Positions 50,937 through 51,687 of a stretch of 51,687 bases of DNA are shown in pieces. The position numbers were made by a program, and so were the translations under genes. The stretch's first letter is position 1, and each line of letters starts with the position of its first letter. Origin of the DNA: Gemmatimonadaceae bacterium (lineage in GTDB: Bacteria; Gemmatimonadota; Gemmatimonadetes; Gemmatimonadales; Gemmatimonadaceae); NCBI GenBank assembly GCA_044224875.1, contig JBGAJQ010000034.1, forward strand, positions 1-51,687, written 5' to 3'. Below the pieces are notes generated by a model, which worked only from the letters and a program-made list of their open reading frames with translations, was not told the DNA's origin and searched no databases.

Positions 50937-51687
50937 ATGTCCCAATCCGTCTATTTCTTTGGCAACGGCAAGGCTGACGGCACGCGGGAGATGAAGGCCG
51001 TACTTGGGGGTAAGGGCGCCAACCTTGCGGAGATGGTAAACCTGGGAATCCCTGTACCACCGGGGTTCACCATCGCGTGCGACGTCTGCGTCTCGTATCT
51101 CAAGGACGGCCAGATCGCGCAGGGGCTCCGCCAGGAAGTCGACGCCAACTTGCAGAAGTTGGAGCAGACCACGCAGCGCGGCTTTGGCGACACGGCGCGA
51201 CCATTGCTCGTGTCGGTACGCAGTGGCGGTCCGGTGTCGATGCCCGGCATGATGGAGACCATCCTGAATCTGGGGCTGAACGATCGGACCGTGCTTGGCT
51301 TGGCGAAGGAAAGTGGCGACGCCAGGTTCGCGTACGACTCCTATCGCCGATTCCTGCAGATGTACGGCGACGTCGTGTTGAACGTGCCGGCGAGTGCCTT
51401 CGAGCACTTGCTCTCTGCCAAGCGCATGACCGCCGGGGCTCGCACGGACGCCGACCTGGATGAAGGGTCGCTTCGCAACCTTGTGGAGGAGTACAAGGCC
51501 CTGGTGCGCAATCGCACGGGACACGACTTCCCGATGGACCCACACGAGCAGTTATGGGGAGCTGTGGAGGCCGTGTGGAAGTCGTGGATGCTCAAGAAGG
51601 CGGTCGACTATCGGCGCGTCAATGCGATCTCCGAGTCGTTAGGCACGGCGGTCAACATCGTGGCGATGGTCTTCGGAAACATGGGCA
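50937..51687 (+). CDS. ppdK: Pyruvate, phosphate dikinase (partial, runs off the window end)
   Basis: Own translation from ATG 50937: MSQSVYFFGNGKADG...LGGKGANLAEM.NLGIPVPPGFTI...LLVSVRSG..VSMPGMMETILNLGLN. Confidence 0.95.
   Translation, partial: MSQSVYFFGNGKADGTREMKAVLGGKGANLAEMVNLGIPVPPGFTIACDVCVSYLKDGQIAQGLRQEVDANLQKLEQTTQRGFGDTARPLLVSVRSGGPVSMPGMMETILNLGLNDRTVLGLAKESGDARFAYDSYRRFLQMYGDVVLNVPASAFEHLLSAKRMTAGARTDADLDEGSLRNLVEEYKALVRNRTGHDFPMDPHEQLWGAVEAVWKSWMLKKAVDYRRVNAISESLGTAVNIVAMVFGNMG

Larger units (their letters stand above)
1711..51644. repeat. Dispersed iterated octamer GCCTAACG/CGTTAGGC (core CCTAAC/GTTAGG)
   Basis: Exact copies at 1711, 6340, 7945, 14461, 18888, 20976, 21392, 23553, 27033, 27572, 30044, 32368, 39282, 41625, 43497, 44083, 45054, 46236, 48801, 49502, 51637; 7/8 matches at 7685, 9990, 12953, 16057, 23004, 25901, 27946, 29637, 36946, 48981 (manual count). 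Confidence 0.85.

Noticed and set aside
1711..51644. Octamer as integron attC cores (GCCTAAC...GTTAGGC fits RYYYAAC/GTTRRRY)
   Set aside because: Copies lie inside housekeeping genes, I found no inverted pair within attC distance, and no integrase or cassette structure is present
1711..51644. Octamer as a Chi/KOPS-like polar motif
   Set aside because: Both orientations are interleaved (13 vs 8 exact copies) and track codon compatibility; a genome-wide test is still needed
1..51687. Numerous antisense/alternate-frame ORFs (e.g. 17011-18291, 48992-50233, 35114-36196)
   Set aside because: Shadow ORFs expected in high-GC DNA opposite well-supported genes
1..51687. CRISPR array, tRNA/rRNA, transposase, prophage or defence genes
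   Set aside because: None recognised; intergenic gaps are short and lack spaced repeats or cloverleaf motifs

Overview
High-GC bacterial chromosome window, densely coding and mostly housekeeping. The proteins and gene order look Gemmatimonadota-like (inference from recall, not a search). Left arm, mostly minus strand: rpmA/rplU, an RNase E/G, recQ, a U32 protein, a B12/acyl-CoA cluster (AtuA pair, carboxyltransferase, split ICM-type mutase, MeaB), two CNNM genes, ybeY, phoH and aspS. Middle: a trp cluster interleaved with signalling genes (HEAT-repeat plus HD-GYP pair, membrane-GAF-MCP receptor, YqeK, tandem-GAF protein) and interrupted by an antisense lexA. Right arm: a coupled truA-tal-like-degP-purB-purC-psd-pssA-purSQ-purL-purF run, then a partial ppdK. 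Main signals: (1) a non-palindromic octamer GCCTAACG/CGTTAGGC dispersed through coding DNA, about 21 exact copies and 31 CCTAAC cores by hand count, in five of six reading frames; (2) two tandem CTTCGG-N4-TGTTCGG boxes over the lexA promoter, a candidate SOS box; (3) a HEAT/HD-GYP pair sharing an unnamed N-terminal domain inside the trp operon; (4) a transaldolase-fold protein lacking its catalytic residues. Three apparent deletions and several 1-bp frameshifts suggest local assembly errors. I recognised no tRNA, rRNA, CRISPR array or mobile element.
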